This document shows, in pieces, positions 36,201 to 44,757 of a DNA stretch of 56,835 nt. Both the position numbers and the translations under genes were made by a program. Every line of letters begins with the position of its first letter. Positions within the stretch are counted from its first letter, which is position 1. Origin of the DNA: a virus (Duplodnaviria > Caudoviricetes). Location: IMG/VR virus record IMGVR_UViG_3300038825_001331, positions 1-56,835 of that record; one strand, 5' to 3'. The notes beneath the pieces are model-generated. The model was given only the letters and a program-made list of their open reading frames with translations, was not told where the DNA came from and made no database searches.

Positions 36201-38539
36201 CTGTCGCTCCTTCCGTGAGGAACCTTAGATTTACCAAAGTTCCTATCTGTTTCGGAGTATTCCATAGCTATATATTCCCAATCGCCCGTACCTGTCAATC
36301 GTATTTTGAATACTTCACAGCTAGGCACGACTACGTTAATCTTTGTCCAGTATGCCCTGCGTTCTCTCCACGTATGGTTTTCTTCTTTACGGGTGTACTT
36401 GTTATACTCTGCGCCGGCTAGCTTTGCGTTATTCCATCGAAGAGGGGGGTCTTCAGACGTAAAGCGCATTTTCCTTGTTTCGGTATGTATAAGAGGGGTG
36501 TTTCTCCAGTCACGCATAATATCAATAGTAATACTATCGTCACCGTCCCCCGCCTCTCTCAACCAAATAGTAACCTCGTAGGGACTGGCTTTCCTATTAC
36601 TTCTTCTAGCACGAAGCCAATGTGTTTCTAATACAGCAGAGTTTTCTTCTACAATGCGCTTGCCCGTACTAGCCTCTCTATCTAAAACCCACAAAGAAGC
36701 GTGTTCGGTAGCTTCCCCGGAGGATGTAGATGCAGACGCCTTGCCCAAAGCTAGCATTAGCTGACGGTTATCACGGGTAGTGCAAACAGAGTAAGCCTTT
36801 ACATCATTGCGTTCCCGCCAACCAACAGCGTCGTAAACTAAGCACAGATTATTTTCGCGAGACCCGTCTTCGGGTACCCATATACGAAACTCTCCTGTCT
36901 CTTTGTCTACCGCTGCACTAGAGCGAGAAATCCATGTTGTGTTGAGGCGTTTAATTCTTCTGCGAATAGGGGCGCTAATCTCTTCCAGCTTATCTCCGTT
37001 CCAAGTAAATACGCCGTTTCTAGAAAGCCAAGCAGTAACACCCCCTGCCATAGTCGCTATTGCGTTTGGTCCCACGCAGCCTACAGAGCTAGACAAGGTG
37101 GCAGCTCTAAAGCCTTTGCCATCATCGTTTACTGTAATCAAAAAAGAAGACTCTGCTGTGAAAACTAAAAGTCCTCCAGCAATAGCGTGTAGTGCTGTAA
37201 CCTCCGACCCCTGCGCATCGGGATATATTTCTACATCATTTTCCTTAAAGGTTCCCCACCTTCCTGGCATGCTTGCACGAATAGCGCCCCGGCCAACACC
37301 GTCCCCATAATTAGCCACCCACAATCTTCCAAGGGCTAAAGCAGAAAGCCTGAACTGCGGCACAGGGTCTACTTCTGTTGCAGGCAGAACTAGCCAACTG
37401 TCTGGAATGTTATCTGGATATAAACTACAGTGGTTATCCTCTATGGTGGCAAAGGTGGTACTTGCTTCTGTAGCGTATCCAGGGAGCTGAAAGTAGGTAG
37501 GGACCCCTGAGTTTAGCTGGTCACGGGTTCGATACAAAATTCTGCCAACAGTACCGTCAGGTCCCGTTGCAATGTCGGTCCAGGCAATGGCGAACTTCAT
37601 TCTTGCCGCGTCTTCGTTGCCCCTCTTATCTCTGCCGGCGGTTACGTTTTCCTGTCTAGAGCAACTAACAGGATTACTACGGGTGCTTAAAGGTGACAGG
37701 TTTCCCCAGCGATCAACCCACTGTACTTTAGCTCTCCATTCGCCCGCCTCTAGGACACCCCCCATAGTGTTTATGTCTTGTGCAAACACACTATGGGCGT
37801 CGGCTTGGTTACTAATAGCGGTTCTGTTGATAAACCCTAAACGATTATTACCCCAGGTAAGGCCATTTGTGTTAATAGACTTGTCTGGGTTTATAGAGGA
37901 GTACGCATATCCTCTACTGTTGGGAACGTCTACATAGCCCTTGTTACCTGCACCCGCAGCATCATCGGCGTGATCTAAATCAGATTTAGGCCCTAGCCCC
38001 GTAAGCGCACCAGGAGCTTGGGCATATCCTAAGTTTGCTACAGTATAGCCATCATAAAACAATGACCGCCTTTCTTGGATTGTTATTACCACACCGTTGG
38101 GTGTTACAGTAAACTGGGTTTGGAATTGTGGCTTATCTGCAGCCTCTAGGGACATTCTATATTCAGCAGACGCATCGTCTCCGATAAGCAGTCGCCAATC
38201 CTTACTCCACCCACGATGCTCCCATACTCCGTAAATGTAAGACGAGGCCGAGCTAGGCTTTAGGCTGCCGACAACAAGAAGCACGTCTCGCTCGCCACCG
38301 CCAAGCAAGCAATGGCATACTCCGTCGAAAGGTGTCTTGTAGTTTATAATTGCCCCAGAGGTGCCGTCCCTTAAAGTAGGGTCATACTCTAAGGGGCCGA
38401 CAATTGTACGCAAAGATCCCTCTGCTGTAAGCACCATGTTTTGGATTTTGGCTGCTGCCTCGTCTGGCGCAAAAAACCCATCATTCTGGTGCCGTTGGGC
38501 AACAGGTCCATGTATATCTCTGAAGCGGTCAAAGCTCAC
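36197..38539 (-). CDS. Tail tubular protein B / nozzle (stabilisation) protein
   Basis: 780 aa; IQNMVL..EGSLR N-terminus; propeller-like repeats (GLLVFT, VGCVGP..I, WLSRNGVFTWNG). Confidence 0.7.
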   Translation of the reverse strand: MSFDRFRDIHGPVAQRHQNDGFFAPDEAAAKIQNMVLTAEGSLRTIVGPLEYDPTLRDGTSGAIINYKTPFDGVCHCLLGGGERDVLLVVGSLKPSSASSYIYGVWEHRGWSKDWRLLIGDDASAEYRMSLEAADKPQFQTQFTVTPNGVVITIQERRSLFYDGYTVANLGYAQAPGALTGLGPKSDLDHADDAAGAGNKGYVDVPNSRGYAYSSINPDKSINTNGLTWGNNRLGFINRTAISNQADAHSVFAQDINTMGGVLEAGEWRAKVQWVDRWGNLSPLSTRSNPVSCSRQENVTAGRDKRGNEDAARMKFAIAWTDIATGPDGTVGRILYRTRDQLNSGVPTYFQLPGYATEASTTFATIEDNHCSLYPDNIPDSWLVLPATEVDPVPQFRLSALALGRLWVANYGDGVGRGAIRASMPGRWGTFKENDVEIYPDAQGSEVTALHAIAGGLLVFTAESSFLITVNDDGKGFRAATLSSSVGCVGPNAIATMAGGVTAWLSRNGVFTWNGDKLEEISAPIRRRIKRLNTTWISRSSAAVDKETGEFRIWVPEDGSRENNLCLVYDAVGWRERNDVKAYSVCTTRDNRQLMLALGKASASTSSGEATEHASLWVLDREASTGKRIVEENSAVLETHWLRARRSNRKASPYEVTIWLREAGDGDDSITIDIMRDWRNTPLIHTETRKMRFTSEDPPLRWNNAKLAGAEYNKYTRKEENHTWRERRAYWTKINVVVPSCEVFKIRLTGTGDWEYIAMEYSETDRNFGKSKVPHGRSDR

Positions 38540-38540
38540 T

Positions 38541-38891
38541 TTATAGCTCCACGGTTCCCCTGACCTGAGCTAGCTCATATCGGGTAAGGGCAAGCTCTTT
38601 TTCAAGCCTTTCTTTTTCACCAAGCCGTTCCTCGCTTCGGATAGGTTCCGCAAGCTCATTAGGAACGGCAACTAAATCCCACCCAGACATACTCTCTTTA
38701 CCCTCTTGAACGCGCTCCGGCGCATGTCCGTATACATGCAGAAGGCCCTCTTTAGGCAGGTTACCCCGCTTATCTGTCGGCCCCATAACGGCATGAAGTG
38801 TAGCCTGTACTACGCCGTTAGACACCAACAGCTTTCGGTAAATACCTCCAGCAACGACAGGGGCAGTTTTCCACTCACGATCAAAACCCAT
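38541..38891 (-). CDS. Hypothetical protein
   Basis: GGAGGAG SD; own promoter. Confidence 0.7.
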   Translation of the reverse strand: MGFDREWKTAPVVAGGIYRKLLVSNGVVQATLHAVMGPTDKRGNLPKEGLLHVYGHAPERVQEGKESMSGWDLVAVPNELAEPIRSEERLGEKERLEKELALTRYELAQVRGTVEL

Positions 38892-38920
38892 AACTCCTCC
38901 AGATTATTTGATCAAAGCCG

Positions 38921-38949
38921 AACATAACACAAACCCCGCCCAACGTCAA
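38921..38949 (-). promoter_or_regulatory. Minus-arm promoter
   Basis: TTGACG-ttgggcggggtttgtgt-TATGTT; the -35 contains the upstream TGA stop. Confidence 0.6.
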
Positions 38950-40520
38950 GCGTTTGTTACTTTACTAGGCATGTTGAGGCGCGGGTGCCAACCGTAGCCT
39001 TTCTTAGTTCCAAACACGCGCATTTTTCTAGGTCGCTGCGCTTTTCGTACACTGCCGTGTCTCTTCAACAAAGTGTTTAGAGCCCGCTCAAAGTCCATCC
39101 TGGCACTAGCTTTCATTGCTGCGTTACCGTCACTCTCATACAAGTACATAACGGTGGCCGCAATAATCGCGTCTACTGCGTCTGTAGGAATGGCAGGCGT
39201 GTCATGGTCATGCACCAGGGGCTCTGGCCTAACCACCGCTCTCAGCGTAACGTCGTAATGTTTGTCTGCCGTTGGGTAAAACGCCACGCACTCGTTTCTA
39301 GAGTTGTTTCTAAGAACAACATCTTTTGCAGGCGTGTCCGTACCGTTATCGTTGTACAACAATACGTGGGCATCTACCTCTGCAATAAGGTGAAACTTTT
39401 TATCTATCTCTAGTTTTCCAGAATCGTCGGTGAGTCGGCGGCGGTATATCCGTTTACGAATACCCGTATGTCGGTACCTAACTTGGGTTGAGTCGTGGAA
39501 TCCCATCATAAGGTCAACGTCGGGGAGTGTAACAGTAATACCCGTATAACTACTAGCCCCCTGCTCTACTGGTGCTGCGGATACTGCCGCTGATACAGGG
39601 CTAGGAGGGGACTCCAGCCAAGGCTCACGCCAGTCTGTTGTCTGTGACCCAGAGTCAAAAGTATCTGCCGTCTGAGGCAGCGTTCTGTTAATCTTGTCCC
39701 CAATAACATAGGTAAAACAGTATTCAAATTGCCCTGTAGGTTGTGCCTCTGCAGAAGCAGACCAAATTGTAGCACCCGAAGCAGGGGCTTTAACAGTATC
39801 AACTGAGGGCGTGAACGTAGGGGCGGCTAGGCTTTTTGGTGCCCGGCGATAATACCATCGAGGCTGGCCGGAAGTAGTGGTTGTGCTTGGGTGCTGAATA
39901 GAATTAATTTCTACAACATCTTGTCCCATGACATCAAGACTGTACACCCTGCCCTGCTCCCGCAGATTAATAGCACGAAGCTCAATGATGTCAGCAGGCA
40001 GAGGATATTCCTTTGTAACAATGCGCCAATCATAGGTAACCGAAGAACCTGTCTGACCTTTAGCAAAAGGACGATCTAATACAATACCTACCTTACCGCT
40101 GTGGGTACCACTAGAAATAGTGTATATATCGCGAATTTCGTACTCGTGCGTAACCTCTGTGTCTACCGCATCAGTAACTATTAGGGTTCTTCCTGTATAG
40201 CTACGCTTTTGTGCAGAAATTTGTAGGTTTGTAGTAGCACCGTCATCTAAAGAACTACGAAGAACCCAGTCATCCCCAGTATCAGAAACAATTGTATCGG
40301 TAGTGCCCGATGCTTCGACAACAGGCTCTACAGTTAATTGGTGCTCTGTATCTTCAAACAAAAACGGAGCTTCTGTAGCAAGCAGGTATACCGCACGGTT
40401 AATAAACTGGTTTAACCTAAATACGGCCTCATCGCTTTGGGATGGAGCCCAATCCGTTTGAGCAAAAACTGCTTCACGAAGACCACGAAGGTTGTAGATA
40501 TTGGCCAAAAGTGTAGACAT
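38946..40520 (-). CDS. Head-tail adaptor / tail tubular protein A with insertion
   Basis: LNQFINRA N-terminal helix, YPLPAD, G.P.WY, FYPT.D, D.P.IP...DAII pattern. Confidence 0.6.
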   Translation of the reverse strand: MSTLLANIYNLRGLREAVFAQTDWAPSQSDEAVFRLNQFINRAVYLLATEAPFLFEDTEHQLTVEPVVEASGTTDTIVSDTGDDWVLRSSLDDGATTNLQISAQKRSYTGRTLIVTDAVDTEVTHEYEIRDIYTISSGTHSGKVGIVLDRPFAKGQTGSSVTYDWRIVTKEYPLPADIIELRAINLREQGRVYSLDVMGQDVVEINSIQHPSTTTTSGQPRWYYRRAPKSLAAPTFTPSVDTVKAPASGATIWSASAEAQPTGQFEYCFTYVIGDKINRTLPQTADTFDSGSQTTDWREPWLESPPSPVSAAVSAAPVEQGASSYTGITVTLPDVDLMMGFHDSTQVRYRHTGIRKRIYRRRLTDDSGKLEIDKKFHLIAEVDAHVLLYNDNGTDTPAKDVVLRNNSRNECVAFYPTADKHYDVTLRAVVRPEPLVHDHDTPAIPTDAVDAIIAATVMYLYESDGNAAMKASARMDFERALNTLLKRHGSVRKAQRPRKMRVFGTKKGYGWHPRLNMPSKVTNA

Positions 40521-40530
40521 TTATGCTCCT

Positions 40531-40577
40531 AAAAAACGACCCCCGCCCATCCCGGAGGATTGTTGGACGGGGGCCGA
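40531..40577 (-). terminator. Rho-independent terminator after the capsid and decoration genes
   Basis: GC-rich stem followed by TTTTTT on the minus strand. Confidence 0.65.
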
Positions 40578-40595
40578 CTGGAGGGACGTTTATAA

Positions 40596-41192
40596 CTAAG
40601 CGTTAATGAAGACCTTCTTCAAGGTAGCATCTGCCAAGGTTTCCAAGGCAATAACTCGACCGGAGTCACCTGTTACTGGAGTCACGGTAGCTGCGATAAA
40701 CTCGCCGTCACTGTTTACCATCAAAGCGGTGCCTGCAGCAGAGGTGTCACCACCAAGCCCCTTAACAACGCCGCGCTTAACAACCCAGGCTGCCTTAGCG
40801 GTAGGAATGTCAAACAAGGCGATACCCAAAATGGCGGTAGTGGGTTCATCCACTGCGGTAGCAACACCTTGAGTAACAGAGTACGGTGCCGCAGCGGCCC
40901 CAACCATAACTGGCTGTCCACGACTAATCGTAGATCCGGTAGCGTTTTTAATGTAGATAAGCTCAAGCTCACCTTCGCCACCGGCAAGAGAAACCAGTTC
41001 TCCGCCTGAAGGAACGTCAGCGCGGGCATCACCAAACACGGTGTTGTCGCTGTTAAGAACCACAAGTCCCCGGTCGCTGTCGCTAGCAGGAATGATGTAG
41101 GTGCTACCCAAAGGGGCAGCAGGACCAGAAACAGACGAAGTAGCGGTGGCATCCGATACTAGGCTGATGCTGGAAGAAATACTTGGAAGCAT
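40596..41192 (-). CDS. Capsid decoration protein
   Basis: Directly after the MCP; IYIKNATG..I.RGQPV and GIA..DI...AWV..RG patterns. Confidence 0.65.
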   Translation of the reverse strand: MLPSISSSISLVSDATATSSVSGPAAPLGSTYIIPASDSDRGLVVLNSDNTVFGDARADVPSGGELVSLAGGEGELELIYIKNATGSTISRGQPVMVGAAAAPYSVTQGVATAVDEPTTAILGIALFDIPTAKAAWVVKRGVVKGLGGDTSAAGTALMVNSDGEFIAATVTPVTGDSGRVIALETLADATLKKVFINA

Positions 41193-41222
41193 TTTATTAT
41201 CCTAATTAGTAAAGGTTGCTGA

Positions 41223-42296
41223 TTATGCTGTTGCGCCGCCCGTCACTGCAAAGTTGCAGCGAAGGTTGTCGCAGTACATGCCGAGACTGAGAACGTACTG
41301 GTACCGCCACATATCTTGAGTCACAAGATAGTCGGGGCCACGGAAGGCAAAGTCTCCCGCAGTTTCCATGTTGGCGTCAGATCCCTGTGAGAACAGGTGC
41401 CAGGTGCCGCTATGGATACCATATACAACGCCGTTTTGCGGTGCAGAAGAGGTAAAGTCAGCGACTTTAATCTCGTGCTCCAAGTGCATGGTAGCTCCCA
41501 TGAACTTGACGCCTGCGCGAACGGCGCTTGGACGACGATCGCCCTTCTTCAGATCGTTATCAACGATACGAAGTTGGTCATCGAGGTCACTCAGGTAGTT
41601 GTGGTAGGTTCCTCGGTCTGCGAACATAAGGTCCACGTCACCAAGGCTACGACCGCCTTGAACGGATGCGTCGTAGTAGGCTTCTGCCAACTTCTGGCGT
41701 CCGTCGGTAGCAAAGGAACTAATGTTTGCATACTGGTGGTGCCAGTTCTTAACAGAGTTCTTTGCAAGACCAAAGGTAGTATCAGATTGAGAACTAGCAG
41801 CAACCCACTCAAAAATTCCTGGTTGACTACCAAGACCCTTTGGATCGTAGTTAGCATCGGAGTTGAAGGTAAGCATAGCGCCTACGCCAGTTTCGCCACC
41901 CATAACAAGTTGACGAGCAAGCTGGTCTTGGAAATCATCCAGACAGCGCTCAGGGTACTTCTTAATAAGGTCAAGAAGGTCTGCCTTGCCGTTAGCTTCA
42001 CGAAGATCTTGGCCTGGAACGTCCCAAGCGTAGATCATGGTTGCTGCGTATGCTTGGGCACGGTCAGCTTCTTGACGACGACCGCCGGCAATAACTTCGG
42101 TACCGCTTCGCAGGGTAGTAACCTGTCCTGGGGCGCCCGGTACAATACCGAACTCAATGAACGGTCCATTAGCTTTACGCTTTTGGCCCTTTGCAATAAT
42201 CGCCTCAAAGGCGGGATGGAATGTAGTAAAAGTCTCGGTATACCCCGGAAGAACTTCCTGAAGGGTAGCTACGAGAACGTCGGGGGAGAAGCCCAC
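41223..42296 (-). CDS. Major capsid protein
   Basis: 357 aa, GTG start with GGAG SD; sits between scaffold and decoration genes; HK97-type size. Confidence 0.8.
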   Translation of the reverse strand: MGFSPDVLVATLQEVLPGYTETFTTFHPAFEAIIAKGQKRKANGPFIEFGIVPGAPGQVTTLRSGTEVIAGGRRQEADRAQAYAATMIYAWDVPGQDLREANGKADLLDLIKKYPERCLDDFQDQLARQLVMGGETGVGAMLTFNSDANYDPKGLGSQPGIFEWVAASSQSDTTFGLAKNSVKNWHHQYANISSFATDGRQKLAEAYYDASVQGGRSLGDVDLMFADRGTYHNYLSDLDDQLRIVDNDLKKGDRRPSAVRAGVKFMGATMHLEHEIKVADFTSSAPQNGVVYGIHSGTWHLFSQGSDANMETAGDFAFRGPDYLVTQDMWRYQYVLSLGMYCDNLRCNFAVTGGATA

Positions 42297-42390
42297 TGTG
42301 AACTCCGGGATTGTATCGGCGTCTTATTTAGCCGGTTGTTGGTTAGCCGACGCCCTATTGCGCCGATGGTAAAAACAAATTACGAATCCG

Positions 42391-42419
42391 TGTATAACAC
42401 CTAGTTTATACGTTGTCAA
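42391..42419 (-). promoter_or_regulatory. Minus-arm promoter for the capsid gene
   Basis: TTGACA-acgtataaactaggtgt-TATACA. Confidence 0.7.
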
Positions 42420-42423
42420 GTGT

Positions 42424-43374
42424 TTATAGCTTGAACCGGTCAAAGATGGCGTCTACAGCAGCCGCCCTAGCTTCGTGCCTAGGCATTTTTGAAATAGGCT
42501 TTTTGGGCTTTGGACGAGGAGGAGCGGCAGTTTCTTCGGCACCCGCAACAATGCTAGCACTCTCTTGTGGTTTAGGTGCCGGCTTTGGTGGCGCAGTAGC
42601 GACCGGTTTGGTTTCTCCTCGATTTCTAAGCTGCAAAACTTCCTTTACGAGCCCGACACTATTACCCTTTTCTAGCAAACTTACCGCAACCTCGACAGCA
42701 TCTTCACCAATAAGAGAAATTTCAAATGCCTCATGCGGGGATATTTGCACATTTTCCATTTCTAGCAAAGGCACCGCTCGTTTTGCTGCCTCCGGGTTCG
42801 CATCAATCCGTTCCTTATATACAGATTCAAACCACTCCATATACCTATTAGCTTCCGCCTCAGCCAACTGCTCCATATTTTTACGTTGTTCAGCTAGCTT
42901 TTGTTCCATTTGCTGTACATAAGCGTTTTTCTGAGAAAGCTCATGGCCTAGCTGGGCTACTCGGGGATCTTCTTCCCCCATAGCCAAGGCGTTATACATG
43001 TCCTTCCACTGTACGGCATCTTCAGTGGCTTGTAGTCGTGCCCTTTCTACGGCTGCTTCATTAAGTCTATCGTAGTGCGCCTGTAGCTTTTCTCCCCATG
43101 GGCGAAGGCGCTCATCAAAATCATCGTAAGCGCCGTTCCAATTTTCCCAATCGAAGTCGTCTGCACTGGGAAAAGGGTTTGTTTCTCCAATAGCTGCCTG
43201 TACTTCGTTTACAGAAGCATCAGCAGATGGTGCCTGTCCAGCTTCTTGAGTTTCTTGCGAAGCAGGTTCACCAGCAGCAACAGGTTCACCAGCAGCAACA
43301 GGCTCACCAGCACTGCTGGCACCAACAGATACTTCCGCATTAGTAGCCTCGGGTACGTTAGTTGTTTCAGACAT
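42424..43374 (-). CDS. Capsid scaffolding protein
   Basis: Acidic disordered N-terminus, coiled coil, Pro/Lys linker and short C-terminal helix; upstream of the MCP. Confidence 0.7.
   Translation of the reverse strand: MSETTNVPEATNAEVSVGASSAGEPVAAGEPVAAGEPASQETQEAGQAPSADASVNEVQAAIGETNPFPSADDFDWENWNGAYDDFDERLRPWGEKLQAHYDRLNEAAVERARLQATEDAVQWKDMYNALAMGEEDPRVAQLGHELSQKNAYVQQMEQKLAEQRKNMEQLAEAEANRYMEWFESVYKERIDANPEAAKRAVPLLEMENVQISPHEAFEISLIGEDAVEVAVSLLEKGNSVGLVKEVLQLRNRGETKPVATAPPKPAPKPQESASIVAGAEETAAPPRPKPKKPISKMPRHEARAAAVDAIFDRFKL
43261..43314 (-). repeat. 18-bp tandem repeat (AGEPVA x ~3) in the scaffold gene
   Basis: CAGGTTCACCAGCAGCAA repeated. Confidence 0.8.
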
Positions 43375-43395
43375 TATTCCCTCCAAAAATAATTA

Positions 43396-43713
43396 TCATT
43401 CCTCAAATTGAGAAATATCCATATTTTCTAAACGCTCTGCCTGCTCTTGTCGGCTGAGGCGTCCCATTCCCATAGGCTCTTCCTCATCGCCCTCTTGCAT
43501 TTCCATGCCTTCAAACATATCTCCAGCGGCCCCCTCACCTTCTTCTGCCATTGGGTCTTCAGACATATCTTCCTCGGAAGAAGCAACGGGCTCACCTTCT
43601 TCAGTCATGATAGGGGGGTCGATGCTGTACCCAGAATCTTCCAGGGCACCAACAATCATAACAACGGAAACACCTTCGGGCAGAGCGTCCTCAAGTTTTT
43701 TCATATCAGGCAT
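43396..43713 (-). CDS. Very acidic small protein
   Basis: GGAG SD before ATG 43713; E/D/M-rich. Confidence 0.7.
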   Translation of the reverse strand: MPDMKKLEDALPEGVSVVMIVGALEDSGYSIDPPIMTEEGEPVASSEEDMSEDPMAEEGEGAAGDMFEGMEMQEGDEEEPMGMGRLSRQEQAERLENMDISQFEE

Positions 43714-43740
43714 AATTTCTCCAAACGTAAAGAGGCTCAC

Positions 43741-43769
43741 ACCTTAACACGTATGCTATTATGTGTCAA
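43741..43769 (-). promoter_or_regulatory. Minus-arm promoter
   Basis: TTGACA-cataatagcatacgtgt-TAAGGT. Confidence 0.65.
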
Positions 43770-43812
43770 CATTTTGCATTTTATTGCGCCAACTGCGCTA
43801 AGATTTTTTGGG

Positions 43813-43956
43813 TCACTTTTTCTTTTTCTTGCTCTTTGAAAACCCTGCTTTCATATTAGCATACGCTTTTTTGCTAATGGTGCTCTTTGATTTTGGTCGG
43901 CTAGTGCCTGCTTTTTTACGTTTGTTAATGTTAGCGTATAGACCTTTCTTGGCCAT
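43813..43956 (-). CDS. Small basic protein (47 aa, MAKKGLYANINKRKKAG...)
   Basis: Below the ORF-track cutoff; GLYANI motif common in phage small basic proteins; starts 2 nt after the upstream stop. Confidence 0.75.
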   Translation of the reverse strand: MAKKGLYANINKRKKAGTSRPKSKSTISKKAYANMKAGFSKSKKKKK

Positions 43957-43958
43957 GA

Positions 43959-44207
43959 CTACTTCCTACTTTTTGTGCCGGAACATCTCCAGCGTTTTCT
44001 GGATAAACGCAAAGGACTATTAGGATCTTTTGCGGCTTTTGGAAACCTTTTCATTTGTTTAGAAGATCTAGCACAATAGGCGTCACCTTTCTTAGTTCCT
44101 GGTTTAACCTTAGCACCTTTGGCACCATAGGACACCTTTTTGCCCGACTTAGTAATTTTTACTCGGGCCTTCCCTTTAGCGGGTGTTCGTGTAGGCTTTT
44201 TCGGCAT
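43959..44207 (-). CDS. Small basic protein, DUF6321-like
   Basis: AYCARS...DPNS.LR.SRKRWRC signature. Confidence 0.75.
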   Translation of the reverse strand: MPKKPTRTPAKGKARVKITKSGKKVSYGAKGAKVKPGTKKGDAYCARSSKQMKRFPKAAKDPNSPLRLSRKRWRCSGTKSRK

Positions 44208-44215
44208 TTTAATTC

Positions 44216-44710
44216 CTAGCTAGGAAGTGGGTCTTTCCAAACAGAAGCATCGTCCACGTCGGCTTTACCTTCGCTTCCGTGCTTGTCTGTGTAATCTTTA
44301 ATTTTTTTAGCTCGGGCCTCGGCAACGTGCATACGGGCGTCTTCTTTTCGCCTTGCCTGCCGGTGTTCCCAATCAACATAACCAAGCTCCTGCGCCTCTT
44401 CCTCGCACAGATCGCGAACCTCATCTTCTATGGCTGTCCACGTTTTGGATGTTCTATCCTCTACATGGCAGTTATTTTCCGCGCACCAGGCGTCTAGCTC
44501 TTTAGCGTTCTTAAAGGTTCTACCTAGCTGCTGTACGTGAATTCCGCCCTGGCCGTCACCTTCCAGGTCACCCCCAAAAGAAAACAAACTTAGCGCTTTC
44601 TTTGCAGGTCTTCCGCAGTCGCAAACCAAATCCACTTCTGCAATAACTTCTGTAGTCCAAAGCTCTTTTTCGCCACACTCGCAGCGGTCACGAAACTCAT
44701 AAATAGGCAC
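44216..44710 (-). CDS. FmdB-like zinc-ribbon protein with C-terminal extension
   Basis: MPIYEF...CECG...CDCG; GGAGG SD. Confidence 0.7.
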   Translation of the reverse strand: MPIYEFRDRCECGEKELWTTEVIAEVDLVCDCGRPAKKALSLFSFGGDLEGDGQGGIHVQQLGRTFKNAKELDAWCAENNCHVEDRTSKTWTAIEDEVRDLCEEEAQELGYVDWEHRQARRKEDARMHVAEARAKKIKDYTDKHGSEGKADVDDASVWKDPLPS

Positions 44711-44728
44711 AGTCCCTCCAGAATACCA

Positions 44729-44757
44729 TACATAACACAGCTAATACACAATGTCAA
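44729..44757 (-). promoter_or_regulatory. Minus-arm promoter
   Basis: TTGACA-ttgtgtattagctgtgt-TATGTA; the -35 contains the nrdJ stop. Confidence 0.65.

Noticed and set aside
41397-42404. 335-aa + strand ORF and other long antisense ORFs (e.g. 20884..21459, 8306..8839, 46778..47281)
   Set aside because: They shadow well-supported genes on the opposite strand and show no recognisable motifs.
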